A stretch of 37,057 nt of DNA from Clostridia bacterium (lineage in GTDB: Bacteria > Bacillota > Clostridia > UMGS1883). The stretch covers positions 1-37,057 of the forward strand of contig JAZNOC010000055.1 in the NCBI GenBank assembly GCA_045580605.1. The letters are read 5' to 3'. This document shows positions 1-9,143 of this stretch, piece by piece. The notes under the pieces were generated by a model. That model saw only the letters and a list, made by a program, of their open reading frames with translations, was not told the DNA's origin and searched no databases. Position 1 is the first letter of the stretch; each line of letters opens with the position of its first letter. A program made the translations under genes and the position numbers.

Positions 1-60
1 TATGTAATTTTATATGCTTACACATCATAGCACTATGATTTATAAGAGAGGATAAAAAGT

Positions 61-2160
61 ATGGAGTACAAATTTGAGGCCTGGGAAGGTTTTGGTGGCG
101 GAAGTTGGAAAAAAGAAATAAATGTACGAAGCTTCATCAAAAATAACTATACCCCTTATGACGGGGATGAAAGCTTTCTTGAGCCTCCAACAAAGGACAC
201 GCTCGACCTTTGGGAAAAGGTGCTCAAATTAAGCGCAAAGGAAAGAAAAGCCGGCGGCGTTCTGGATATGGATACAAAGATTATATCCACAATCACATCG
301 CATGGACCGGGTTATCTTGATAAAAACAAAGAGAAAATCGTAGGTTTTCAGACGGATAAGCCGTTTAAGCGTGCTCTTATGCCTTACGGTGGAATTCGTA
401 TGGCGGAAAGGGCGTGCACCGATAACGGTTATACTATAGATCCCGAAGTTAAGGAGTTTTTCTCAGTACACAGAAAAACACACAATGCCGGAGTTTTTGA
501 TGTCTATACTCCCGAGATGAGAGCGTGCCGCTCAAGTCATATTATTACAGGCCTTCCCGATGCCTACGGCAGGGGTAGGATTATAGGCGACTACAGGCGT
601 GTTGCACTTTACGGTGTTGATGTACTGATTGAAGATAAAAAAGAACAAAAGGTAATAACACGCTCAGCTATGCTTCCCGATATTATCCGTGCAAGAGAGG
701 AGCTTTCAGAGCAAATCCGTGCGCTTGAAGACCTCAAGAAAATGGCACTGAGCTATGGCTTTGATATTTCCCAGCCGGCAAGAGATACTAAAGAGGCTAT
801 CCAGTGGCTCTACTTTGGTTATCTCGCAGCCGTTAAGGAGCAAAACGGTGCGGCAATGTCGCTTGGCAGAACATCGACATTCCTTGATATTTACGCAAAC
901 AGAGATATCAAAAAAGGTATATATACAGAAAAAGATATACAGGAGTTTATTGACCATTTTATTATGAAGCTCCGTCTTGTAAAATTTGCACGTACTCCCG
1001 AGTACAACTCACTTTTCTCAGGCGACCCTCAGTGGGTTACGGAATCTATAGGTGGTATGACGGTAGACGGCAAGCATATGGTAACAAAAATGTCTTTCCG
1101 TTATCTGCACACACTTACAAACCTCGGTCCTGCGCCTGAGCCGAATTTGACGGTGCTTTGGTCAACTCAGCTTCCTGTAAAATTCAAGCGCTACTGTGCG
1201 AAAATGTCAATTGAAACATCTTCAGTTCAGTACGAAAATGATGACCTTATGCGCGTTGTACACGGTGATGACTATGCAATTGCCTGCTGTGTATCTTCAA
1301 TGCGTGTCGGCAAGGAAATGCAGTTCTTCGGCGCACGTGCAAATCTTGCAAAGTGTTTGCTTTATGCTATTAACGGCGGCGTTGATGAAATCTCGGGCGA
1401 GCAGGTTGCTCCCGAATTCCGCCCCGTAACGTCGGAATATCTTGACTTTGACGATGTTATGATAAAATATGATGAAATGATGAAGTGGCTTGCAGGGGTT
1501 TATGTAAACACACTCAATATTATTCATTATATGCACGATAAATACTGCTACGAAAAAATACAGATGGCTCTTCACGATAAAAACGTAAAACGCTGGTTTG
1601 CAACAGGTATTGCAGGACTTTCTGTTGTTGCCGATTCACTTTCTGCAATTAAGTATGCAAAGGTTAAGCCAATCCGCAACGAGAAAGGTATTGCAGTTGA
1701 TTATGAAATAGAGGGAGATTTCCCCAAATACGGTAACGATGACGACCGTGTTGACTCAATTGCAGTTGATGTTGTTCACAGATTTATGGGTCATATCAGG
1801 AAAAATCATACTTACAGAGAAAGTATTCCCACAACATCAATACTCACAATAACCTCAAACGTGGTTTATGGTAAAAACACCGGTGCCACACCTGACGGAC
1901 GTAAGAGAGGGGAACCGTTTGCACCCGGTGCAAACCCGATGCATCAGAGGGATACTCACGGTGCAGTAGCATCGCTGTCTACAGTTTCAAAGCTTCCTTT
2001 CAGGGATGCTCAGGATGGTATATCAAACACCTTCTCAATTATTCCGGGTGCACTTGGCAAGGACGACAGAATTTTTGCAGGTGATATTGAGGTCGACCTT
2101 GATTGCGAGGGCGGAGCATGCTTTTCACCTACTCTTTTCCAGGACCTCGACACAGACTAA
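61..2160 (+). CDS. pflB: Pyruvate formate-lyase (formate C-acetyltransferase), large fragment without the glycyl-radical domain
   Basis: 699-aa ORF with a PFL-type sequence throughout. It has the active-site Cys pair in [10 protein letters not shown] and conserved [10 protein letters not shown] and [17 protein letters not shown]. Homology stops near 2073, then 29 non-PFL codons run to TAA at 2158-2160. Confidence 0.9.
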   Translation: MEYKFEAWEGFGGGSWKKEINVRSFIKNNYTPYDGDESFLEPPTKDTLDLWEKVLKLSAKERKAGGVLDMDTKIISTITSHGPGYLDKNKEKIVGFQTDKPFKRALMPYGGIRMAERACTDNGYTIDPEVKEFFSVHRKTHNAGVFDVYTPEMRACRSSHIITGLPDAYGRGRIIGDYRRVALYGVDVLIEDKKEQKVITRSAMLPDIIRAREELSEQIRALEDLKKMALSYGFDISQPARDTKEAIQWLYFGYLAAVKEQNGAAMSLGRTSTFLDIYANRDIKKGIYTEKDIQEFIDHFIMKLRLVKFARTPEYNSLFSGDPQWVTESIGGMTVDGKHMVTKMSFRYLHTLTNLGPAPEPNLTVLWSTQLPVKFKRYCAKMSIETSSVQYENDDLMRVVHGDDYAIACCVSSMRVGKEMQFFGARANLAKCLLYAINGGVDEISGEQVAPEFRPVTSEYLDFDDVMIKYDEMMKWLAGVYVNTLNIIHYMHDKYCYEKIQMALHDKNVKRWFATGIAGLSVVADSLSAIKYAKVKPIRNEKGIAVDYEIEGDFPKYGNDDDRVDSIAVDVVHRFMGHIRKNHTYRESIPTTSILTITSNVVYGKNTGATPDGRKRGEPFAPGANPMHQRDTHGAVASLSTVSKLPFRDAQDGISNTFSIIPGALGKDDRIFAGDIEVDLDCEGGACFSPTLFQDLDTD

Positions 2161-2178
2161 CTTAAGGAGGAGATTTAA

Positions 2179-2421
2179 ATGGCAGCAACACAAAACCAAA
2201 TTAATAATTTAGTGTCTCTTCTTGACGGCTATGCCCAAAAAGGCGGACACCATCTTAACGTAAATGTTTTCACAAAGGAAACACTTCTTGACGCTCAGGC
2301 ACATCCTGAAAATTATCCTCAGCTTACAGTAAGAGTGAGTGGATATGCAGTTAACTTTGTTAAGCTTACGAAGGAGCAGCAGGATGAGGTTATCGCAAGG
2401 ACTTTCCATGATAAAATATAA
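2179..2421 (+). CDS. Free-standing glycyl-radical domain (PFL C-terminus, GrcA/YfiD-like)
   Basis: 80 aa carrying [39 protein letters not shown], the PFL C-terminal glycyl-radical signature (RVSGYAV). AAGGAGG SD at 2164-2170 lies 8 nt before the ATG. Same reading frame as 61..2160. Confidence 0.85.
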   Translation: MAATQNQINNLVSLLDGYAQKGGHHLNVNVFTKETLLDAQAHPENYPQLTVRVSGYAVNFVKLTKEQQDEVIARTFHDKI

Positions 2422-3157
2422 CACAAAGGGACTCATTCATTCGGTTGAAAGCTTTGGCACAGTTGATGGACCCGGCATAAGATATGTTGTGTTTATGCAG
2501 GGCTGTCCTATGAGGTGCCTGTACTGCCACAATCCTGATACGTGGGAAGTCGGTGCAGGGAAAGAGATGAGTGCCGAGCAAATCATTTCTGAATATAAAA
2601 AGAACAGCGTTTTTTATGAAAAAGGCGGAATTACGGTAACGGGCGGCGAGCCACTTCTGCAGATTGATTTTCTAATTGATCTTTTCAAAAAAGCTAAAGA
2701 AGAGGGCATCCATACTTGTATTGATACGTCAGGTATAGTCTTTGACGAAAACAATGTCAAAAAGATGGATGAGCTTATGAGATTTACCGATCTTGTGATG
2801 CTTGACATTAAGCATATTGATCCTGTAATGCACAGGGAAATAACGGGGATGGATAACGAAAATATTCTCGCCTTCGCAAAATATCTCGATGAAAAGAACA
2901 TTCCAATATGGATAAGGCATGTTGTTGTGGAGAATATTACAGATAACCCCGATGACCTTATCAGGCTCGGTGAGTTTATAGGAGAACTTAAAAATCTGCA
3001 GGCAGTTGATGTGCTTCCGTATCACACAATGGGGGTTTCTAAATATAAGGAGCTTGGTATAAAATATCCGCTCGAAGGTGTTTTGCCCCTCTCGGTTGAT
3101 GCGGCGTCAAAAGCGAGAAAGTTTATTATACAGGGAATAAAAAGAAAAAGGATGTAA
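2408..3157 (+). CDS. pflA: Pyruvate formate-lyase activating enzyme (radical SAM)
   Basis: [46 protein letters not shown] carries the CxxxCxxC radical-SAM motif typical of PflA. I chose the ATG at 2408 rather than the ORF-track 2339 start because the upstream extension overlaps the previous gene and is not PflA-like. Confidence 0.9.
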   Translation: MIKYNTKGLIHSVESFGTVDGPGIRYVVFMQGCPMRCLYCHNPDTWEVGAGKEMSAEQIISEYKKNSVFYEKGGITVTGGEPLLQIDFLIDLFKKAKEEGIHTCIDTSGIVFDENNVKKMDELMRFTDLVMLDIKHIDPVMHREITGMDNENILAFAKYLDEKNIPIWIRHVVVENITDNPDDLIRLGEFIGELKNLQAVDVLPYHTMGVSKYKELGIKYPLEGVLPLSVDAASKARKFIIQGIKRKRM

Positions 3158-3176
3158 TTACATCCTTTTTCTTTTT
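3139..3176. terminator. Bidirectional rho-independent terminator between convergent pflA and the peptidase gene
   Basis: Perfect palindrome AAAAAGAAAAAGGATGTAATTACATCCTTTTTCTTTTT with A/T runs on both sides. Confidence 0.7.
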
Positions 3177-3182
3177 ATGTAT

Positions 3183-4289
3183 TTAGTTTTCTATTGCCTG
3201 CATAAACGTGATGTCCGAAAGCTTAAAGCCCTTTGATGCCACACATGTTTTGTCAAATGTAACACCCTTGTATCGACCTTCCGTTCCATACGCTGCTCCC
3301 GAGGTTGGAGCAGGGTCGTAGAATAAAACATCATTACCGTCAAAACCTACTGCAACCATAGTATGAGGGAAGCCTGCATATCTCACAAGCACGCCCTCGG
3401 GATGCGCTTTCAGTGCCTCTATAAGAGCACAGCGTACAACTGCATCCGACTTTTGCGGATTGTTTATATAAGTTCCGCCGGAAATATTATCGCGACCTCC
3501 GTAGTAAACGCTGGTTACAGGCAATGCAGATGTGAATCTCAAATTGTATGCCGAAATAATGTCGTAGTGATAGCAGTAAGCCCCATTGGATGTTTTTTGC
3601 AAATTGATTTGGGCAATATCGCTCGGGGTAACGCGAGTGCCTGTTACATTGGAAATAAGCATTGCATACGAGCATACCCAGCAGTAGCCGCTGCCGAAAC
3701 CAGGAAGCTGGAATTCCTCTTCATTCTGGAAATAGTATGTATGATTTTCAGGAAGCTGGGATGTGTAGTTATCGAAAACCTCAACTTCTTCATAAGCCAA
3801 CTGAGAGTCCTGCTGGTCTGACACAATCATATCATCAGAGCTCAGCTTTTGAAGATAGACAGTATTAGACGCCTTGTTGAAATTTACCGAATAGTTGAAA
3901 ATCCGTGCAAAATCACGAACTGCAATGCAAAGCCTTCCATTAATATAAACACATGGTGCGGAAAGTCTGTAAAAAACATACTCGTAAACTGACGTGCCCG
4001 TAAGGTCTGCAACAGTTATATATTCCTCATTTGGGACAATGCAGGTTGAAACGGTTCTACTGCTTACAACCGCGCTTTTTGGGTCGTCATATCCACTGTA
4101 TGAATAATCAAGCTCAGACGCAAGACTTTTTGCATCTGCATAAGTAACACCATCGCGAATAATCGGCTTTTGTGAAAGAGTGGTTTTAACACCATCAATA
4201 ACTAAATTTACGGGAGTATCCTCGTAAGCAAGAGTATGCACAGGTAGCAATATTAAAATTGTCAGAAAAACTGCCAGTATTTTTCTCAT
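3183..4289 (-). CDS. Secreted protein: copper-amine-oxidase-N-like stalk domain plus C39-like (papain-fold) cysteine peptidase domain
   Basis: Signal peptide MRKILAVFLTILILLPVHTLA. The N-terminal DGVKTTLSQKPIIRDGVTYADAKSLASEL resembles the Cu_amine_oxidN1 fold. The C-terminal GYCWVCSYAMLISN plus FPHTMVAVGFDGNDVLFYDP resembles a Cys/His peptidase_C39_2-type domain. Assignment is from motif memory only. Confidence 0.5.
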   Translation of the reverse strand: MRKILAVFLTILILLPVHTLAYEDTPVNLVIDGVKTTLSQKPIIRDGVTYADAKSLASELDYSYSGYDDPKSAVVSSRTVSTCIVPNEEYITVADLTGTSVYEYVFYRLSAPCVYINGRLCIAVRDFARIFNYSVNFNKASNTVYLQKLSSDDMIVSDQQDSQLAYEEVEVFDNYTSQLPENHTYYFQNEEEFQLPGFGSGYCWVCSYAMLISNVTGTRVTPSDIAQINLQKTSNGAYCYHYDIISAYNLRFTSALPVTSVYYGGRDNISGGTYINNPQKSDAVVRCALIEALKAHPEGVLVRYAGFPHTMVAVGFDGNDVLFYDPAPTSGAAYGTEGRYKGVTFDKTCVASKGFKLSDITFMQAIEN

Positions 4290-4383
4290 AAAGAAAACCC
4301 TTTCAGAAAGTGTTCTTTTATGATTTATTTATAACATAAACGACAAAAAAAGTCAATATAATAGATAAATTACAACCGTTTGA

Positions 4384-4412
4384 TTGACACTTCGGGATAA
4401 ATGTAATAAAAT
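4384..4412 (+). promoter_or_regulatory. Sigma-A type promoter for rluB
   Basis: TTGACA (4384-4389), 17-nt spacer, TAAAAT (4407-4412), about 30 nt upstream of the ATG at 4444. Confidence 0.5.
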
Positions 4413-4443
4413 AAGGAAAGTAAAAAACGAAGGTGGAAATTTT

Positions 4444-5157
4444 ATGAGACTGCAAAAATATATGGCGGAATGTGGTGTTAGTTCCCGCAGGGGAGCCGAA
4501 AAACTTATTGAGCAGGGGCGTGTACAAGTAAACGGCGAGATAATTGATTTTATGGGCTTTGATGTTGACGAAGAAAACGATGTCGTAGAAGTTGACGGCG
4601 CCGTTATCAAAAAGGAAACCAAAAAGTACTATATTATGCTTAACAAACCCAAAAACTATGTTACAACCGTGAGCGACGATTTAGGCAGGCCAACCATTAT
4701 GGAGCTTGTGCGTGATATAAAGGTAAGAATATACCCCGTAGGGAGACTTGACTTTGATACCACAGGGCTTATTATCCTTACTAACGACGGGGAGTTTGCA
4801 AACATAGTAACGCACCCGAAGCATGTTATAAATAAATCCTATATTGCAAGGATAAAGAAACCACTTGATGAAACTGAGCTTATGCGTCTTCGCACGGGCG
4901 TAGAGCTTGATGGTGTTATGACATCGAAGGCGGGGGCGGAAAACGTCAAAAATCCAAAGCACGGTGCCGAGGTCAAAATCACTATTCATGAGGGACGTAA
5001 TCGTCAGGTAAGGAGGATGCTTGAGAGCGTAGGAGCAGAGGTTTTAGCTCTTAAAAGACTTTCAATCGGCTCGCTTACTCTGGGCAATCTTCCGGAAGGC
5101 AAGTGGCGCCATCTGTCCGAAGCTGAAATAAACAAACTGAGAGGTAAAAAAAGATGA
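4444..5157 (+). CDS. rluB: 23S rRNA pseudouridine synthase, RsuA/RluB family (S4 domain plus catalytic domain)
   Basis: MRLQKYMAECGVSSRRGAEKLIEQGRVQVNG is an S4 domain. The catalytic motif is YPVGRLDFDTTGLIILTNDGE. The start is taken at the internal ATG at 4444, preceded by AAGGTGGA. Confidence 0.85.
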   Translation: MRLQKYMAECGVSSRRGAEKLIEQGRVQVNGEIIDFMGFDVDEENDVVEVDGAVIKKETKKYYIMLNKPKNYVTTVSDDLGRPTIMELVRDIKVRIYPVGRLDFDTTGLIILTNDGEFANIVTHPKHVINKSYIARIKKPLDETELMRLRTGVELDGVMTSKAGAENVKNPKHGAEVKITIHEGRNRQVRRMLESVGAEVLALKRLSIGSLTLGNLPEGKWRHLSEAEINKLRGKKR

Positions 5158-5501
5158 TTAAGGTAAACATTATTGAAGATGAAAGAGTACTAAAGTCCAT
5201 AGTTAAAGATGTAAAGGAAACAACGCTTGTAGCATGGGCTCAGGCAGGGGCGCAGTCGCTTGGCTACTGTGTGTTTGATATATCGGGCGAGATTATTTCA
5301 ATTGAACAAAAAGAAGATGTCTTCGAGCTTTTAATCAGATGTGCTTTAAATTGCCTCGATTTAAGAGGGGTAAGCACAGGATTTTCTTATAATAAAGAGC
5401 TTTTTGACGGACTTCTGATGCTTGGGTTTAAGAAAAACGAAGACGTATGCAGTGTTGATATAAAGGAGTTTTTCAAACCGTGTTGCCACTGCAAAGAATA
5501 A
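5154..5501 (+). CDS. Hypothetical 115-aa protein, translationally coupled to rluB
   Basis: ATGA start/stop overlap with rluB, with GAGAGG SD upstream. I recognise no family. C-terminal KPCCHCKE Cys cluster. Confidence 0.45.
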   Translation: MIKVNIIEDERVLKSIVKDVKETTLVAWAQAGAQSLGYCVFDISGEIISIEQKEDVFELLIRCALNCLDLRGVSTGFSYNKELFDGLLMLGFKKNEDVCSVDIKEFFKPCCHCKE

Positions 5502-5542
5502 AATGATGTAAAGAATAATTTACAATAAAATAAAAAATATTG

Positions 5543-5571
5543 TTGAAATATGGTTTGATATGGTATATAAT
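5543..5571 (+). promoter_or_regulatory. Sigma-A type promoter of the biotin-decarboxylase operon
   Basis: TTGAAA (5543-5548), 17-nt spacer, TATAAT (5566-5571). Confidence 0.6.
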
Positions 5572-5626
5572 TATGGTAAAATGGGAAGAATTTGAACATA
5601 TTTAAATTGAGCAGGAGGTACATAGT

Positions 5627-7105
5627 ATGAGTTCCATTGAAAAAGTATCTGACCTACTCGCAAGGAAAGCTGAAATAGCTCTCGGCGGAGGAAAGGAAAA
5701 ACTTGAAAAACAAAAACAAAATGGCAGTATGACTGCACGTGAAAGAATATCAGCCTTGTTTGATGAGGGAAGCTTTATCGAACTGGGTGCTTTTGTGTCT
5801 TCACGTAGCGAAAATACTGCAGCCGATGGCGTTGTAACAGGCTATGGTACTGTTGACGGAAGGCTTGTGTATGCGTACTCTCAGGACAAAACTGTTCTCA
5901 GCGGTGCGATTGGTGAACTTAATGCAGAAAAAATAGTTAAGCTTTTTGATTTGGCTCTTAAGATGGGTGCTCCAATCGTTGGCATGCTCGATTCTGACGG
6001 AGTGCGTCTTGAAGAGGGTGTGCTTTCTCAGGCGGCTATGGGTAAGCTTCTTTCATATTCTTCAAAGGTGAGTGGAGTTATACCCAACGTAAGCATTGTT
6101 TTCGGAAATTGTGCCGGCGGCAGTGCGATTGCGGCTGAAATGAGCGACTTTGTAATTATGAACGAAAAGACGGGCAGGCTTTTTGTGAATGGTCCGTCTG
6201 TTATAGAGGCATCTACAGGTAAAAAATCACCTGCCGACGCAAAGGAAAATGTAAATGTCAGCGGCAGTGCACATTTCCTTGCAGAGGACGATATGGGTTG
6301 CTTGGGAATGGCAAGACTTCTTCTTTCGTACCTTCCTTCAAACAATCTTTCTGATGCGTTTGAATTTGAAACTGCAGACGATATCAATAGAACAAGCGAT
6401 GTTCTTAATAATATTGATCAGATTGATGATATAAGAATAGTTATTGCCGAGGTTGCAGACGATAAGGCGTTCTTTGAGTCGCAGGCAGGCTACGCTGACG
6501 AAGCGGTAACGGGCTTTATCCGCCTTAATGGTTCAACTGTTGGTGCGATTGGAACAAACGGAAAGGAGCTTAGCGGAAAGGCGCTTCAGAAGGTTTCAAG
6601 GTTTGTACGTTTCTGCGATTGCTACAATATCCCTGTTCTTACATTTACCGATGTTGACGGATTTGTGGTAAATGCCTACGAGGAAGAATACGGCCTTGCA
6701 AAGAAAGCCGCAACACTTGTCTATTCATTTACGGGTGCGACAGTGCCTAAGGTAAATGTAATCGTAAAAAAGGCGTACGGCAGTGCATATACAATTATGA
6801 ACTCCTCTCAGTCAGGCGCAGACATTGTGTTTGCATATCCTACGGCAGAAGCTGCACCGCTTAATGCGGAGGCAGGTATCCGTGTTATTTATAACGACAG
6901 ACTTCAGGCAGGCGAAAACAAGGATATGCTCGCCCAGGAATATAAGGAAAACGATGCGTCTATATACAACGCTGCAAAACTTGGCTATGTAGACGATGTT
7001 ATTAATCCTTCCGAAACTCGCCAGAGAGTCATTGCGGCACTCGAAATGCTCAGAAGCAAGCGTGCAAGCGTGCCTTCACGCAAGCATGACAATATGCCGC
7101 TTTAA
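5627..7105 (+). CDS. Acyl-CoA carboxyltransferase (methylmalonyl-CoA decarboxylase alpha / transcarboxylase 12S-type)
   Basis: 492 aa. The N-terminal GGGKEKLEKQKQNGSMTARERISALFDEGSF and the two crotonase-like carboxyltransferase halves (FGNCAGGSAIAAEMSDFVIM; ITFTDVDGF) are typical of MmdA/PccB/GcdA. Confidence 0.85.
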   Translation: MSSIEKVSDLLARKAEIALGGGKEKLEKQKQNGSMTARERISALFDEGSFIELGAFVSSRSENTAADGVVTGYGTVDGRLVYAYSQDKTVLSGAIGELNAEKIVKLFDLALKMGAPIVGMLDSDGVRLEEGVLSQAAMGKLLSYSSKVSGVIPNVSIVFGNCAGGSAIAAEMSDFVIMNEKTGRLFVNGPSVIEASTGKKSPADAKENVNVSGSAHFLAEDDMGCLGMARLLLSYLPSNNLSDAFEFETADDINRTSDVLNNIDQIDDIRIVIAEVADDKAFFESQAGYADEAVTGFIRLNGSTVGAIGTNGKELSGKALQKVSRFVRFCDCYNIPVLTFTDVDGFVVNAYEEEYGLAKKAATLVYSFTGATVPKVNVIVKKAYGSAYTIMNSSQSGADIVFAYPTAEAAPLNAEAGIRVIYNDRLQAGENKDMLAQEYKENDASIYNAAKLGYVDDVINPSETRQRVIAALEMLRSKRASVPSRKHDNMPL

Positions 7106-7117
7106 GAGGTGAGTTGT

Positions 7118-7477
7118 ATGGAATTAAATGTAAAAAACGTAATAGCTGAAGGCCTTGCATACACTGTTATGGGTATAGTAGTAGTTTTTGCGGTGCTTGT
7201 TCTCATAATGCTTGTAATAAAGGCGATGGCACTTTTCAGCGCAGAAAAACCTCAGGTCGCAAAAGAACCTGAACAAATGCCAAAGCAGGCACCTGTGCAG
7301 GTAGCTGAAACTATAACAAAGAGCGATGATACAGAGCTTATAGCAGTAATCACTGCGGCAATAGCTGCAGCAATGGGCAAAAGTGCATCATCTCTTATGA
7401 TTCGCTCGTATAAGAAAATATCCGGCAATGCGTGGAACAGAGCCGGTAGAAGCGAAACACTTGAAAACAGATTTTAG
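7118..7477 (+). CDS. OadG/MmdD-like small membrane subunit of a Na+-transporting decarboxylase
   Basis: Single N-terminal TM helix (AYTVMGIVVVFAVLVLIMLVI) followed by ELIAVITAAIAAAMG, as in OadG-family anchors. ATG at 7118 follows AGAGGTGA. Confidence 0.65.
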   Translation: MELNVKNVIAEGLAYTVMGIVVVFAVLVLIMLVIKAMALFSAEKPQVAKEPEQMPKQAPVQVAETITKSDDTELIAVITAAIAAAMGKSASSLMIRSYKKISGNAWNRAGRSETLENRF

Positions 7478-7490
7478 GAGGATAAAAATT

Positions 7491-7856
7491 ATGAGAAAAT
7501 TTATTGTAAATGTAAACGGTAACTCTTACGAGGTTGAAGTTGAAGAAGTAGGCGGCGCAGCAACAGCTCCCGTAGCTGCACCCGCACCTGCAGCAGTTGC
7601 ACCCGCAGCTGCTCCTGCAGCTCCTAAAGCTGCTGTACCCGCAGGCGGCACAAGTGTTAATGCACCTATGCCCGGTAATGTTCTTGACATAAAGGTAGCA
7701 AACGGCGCAAGCGTTAAAAAGGGTGATGTACTTATCATTCTTGAAGCTATGAAAATGGAAAACGAAATCGTTGCTCCCTGCGACGGCACTGTTACAGTTG
7801 TTGCAACAAAGGGCTCTACCGTAAACAGCGGTGATGTGCTTGCAACTCTTTCTTAA
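7491..7856 (+). CDS. Biotin carboxyl carrier protein (1.3S / MmdC-type)
   Basis: Ala/Pro-rich linker followed by a biotinyl domain with the EAMKMENEI attachment motif. Start is the ATG at 7491 after AGGAGGA. Confidence 0.85.
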   Translation: MRKFIVNVNGNSYEVEVEEVGGAATAPVAAPAPAAVAPAAAPAAPKAAVPAGGTSVNAPMPGNVLDIKVANGASVKKGDVLIILEAMKMENEIVAPCDGTVTVVATKGSTVNSGDVLATLS

Positions 7857-7882
7857 TTGGTAAGTTAGTAATTAAGAATGGA

Positions 7883-9127
7883 GTGATAAAATTGCTGGAA
7901 AAATTAGCTGTTGGCTTTGAACAGTTCTTTATGAACACAGGCCTTGCAAATATGTTTAACAACGGCGACACTGTATGGTGGAAAACCGTTGTTATGATTG
8001 CGGTTGCATGTGTGCTTCTTTACCTTGCAATTGTAAAAAAGTTTGAGCCGTTACTTTTGCTTCCGATTGCATTTGGTATGCTTCTTGCAAACCTTCCGCT
8101 TGGCGGGGTTATGCATCCCGAACTGTTTTTAGGGGACAAAATTGACTACGGTATGGTACTTAAAAAAGGCGGTCTTTTAGACCTTTTGTACTTAGGTGTT
8201 AAGCTTGGAATATATCCTCCGCTCATTTTCCTTGGCATAGGATGTATGACAGACTTTGGACCACTTATTTCTAACCCTAAGAGTATTCTCTTAGGCGCTG
8301 CTGCACAGATTGGCGTGTTTATCACATTCCTCGGTGCAATACTTCTCGGTGCTTTTCAGATTGGTGGTTTCGGTGCTGACGGCTCGATAGATACAATCTT
8401 TAAGGAAGCCGCATCTATCGGTATAATCGGCGGTGCGGACGGTCCGACGGCGATATATGTTACCAAAACGCTTGCACCTACACTACTCAGCGCAATAGCA
8501 GTTGCGGCATATTCTTATATGGCACTTGTGCCAATTATTCAGCCTCCGATTATGAAGGCTCTTACAACAAAGGAAGAAAGAATGATTGTTATGGAGCAGC
8601 TTCGCCCCGTAACAAAAAGGGAGAAAATACTTTTCCCGATAATAGTAACAATCGTGGTTGTTTTGCTTGTTCCCGATGCGGCACCGCTCGTAGGTATGCT
8701 TATGCTTGGTAACCTCTTTAAAGAGAGTGGCGTTGTCGAAAGAATAAACAAAACTGCGCAGAACGAGCTTATGAATATTATCACAATATTCCTTGGTATA
8801 ACTGTTGGTGCAACTGCTACGGCGGATACATTCCTTACACCAAAAACACTTCTTATAATTTGTCTTGGTCTTCTCGCATTCTCGGTAAGTACCGCTGCAG
8901 GTGTAATATTTGGCAAAATTATGTGTAAGGCAACAGGCGGCAAGGTTAACCCCCTTATAGGCAGTGCGGGCGTTAGCGCTGTGCCTATGGCGGCACGTGT
9001 TTCTCAGGTAGTTGGACAAAAGGAAAATTCGTCAAACTTCCTTCTTATGCATGCAATGGGTCCAAATGTTGCAGGCGTAATCGGCAGTGCCGTGGCAGCA
9101 GGTGTATTTCTTGCACTCTTTAAGTAA
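7883..9127 (+). CDS. oadB: Na+-transporting decarboxylase beta subunit (OadB/MmdB/GcdB family)
   Basis: Polytopic membrane protein containing [14 protein letters not shown] and [13 protein letters not shown], both typical of OadB. The start codon is uncertain (GTG at 7883 or TTG at 7892). Confidence 0.85.
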   Translation: MIKLLEKLAVGFEQFFMNTGLANMFNNGDTVWWKTVVMIAVACVLLYLAIVKKFEPLLLLPIAFGMLLANLPLGGVMHPELFLGDKIDYGMVLKKGGLLDLLYLGVKLGIYPPLIFLGIGCMTDFGPLISNPKSILLGAAAQIGVFITFLGAILLGAFQIGGFGADGSIDTIFKEAASIGIIGGADGPTAIYVTKTLAPTLLSAIAVAAYSYMALVPIIQPPIMKALTTKEERMIVMEQLRPVTKREKILFPIIVTIVVVLLVPDAAPLVGMLMLGNLFKESGVVERINKTAQNELMNIITIFLGITVGATATADTFLTPKTLLIICLGLLAFSVSTAAGVIFGKIMCKATGGKVNPLIGSAGVSAVPMAARVSQVVGQKENSSNFLLMHAMGPNVAGVIGSAVAAGVFLALFK

Positions 9128-9143
9128 GAAAGGATAGATTAAA

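Noticed and set aside
2071-2202. The pflB cassette considered as an intein, a group I/II intron or a gene-60-style translational bypass. Identical ATT codons sit at both edges.
   Set aside because: 129 nt is far too short for an intein or a self-splicing intron, and I see no conserved intron pairing elements. There is no stop codon or hairpin next to the putative take-off ATT, and the upstream frame stays open for 29 more codons. The strong SD plus ATG argues for independent initiation instead.
7526-7789. An antisense 87-aa ORF and an Ala/Pro-rich repetitive stretch that looks like a tandem repeat.
   Set aside because: It is the reverse frame of the GC-rich Ala/Pro linker of the biotin carrier protein. 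This low-complexity linker is normal for BCCP-type proteins.
8483-9019. Long antisense ORFs inside oadB (178 and 134 aa). Similar ones occur inside oadA (10074-10538) and the sensory hydrogenase gene (19386-19931).
   Set aside because: Their compositions are Cys/Tyr/His/Asn-rich and non-protein-like. They have no SD and are fully embedded opposite well-supported genes.
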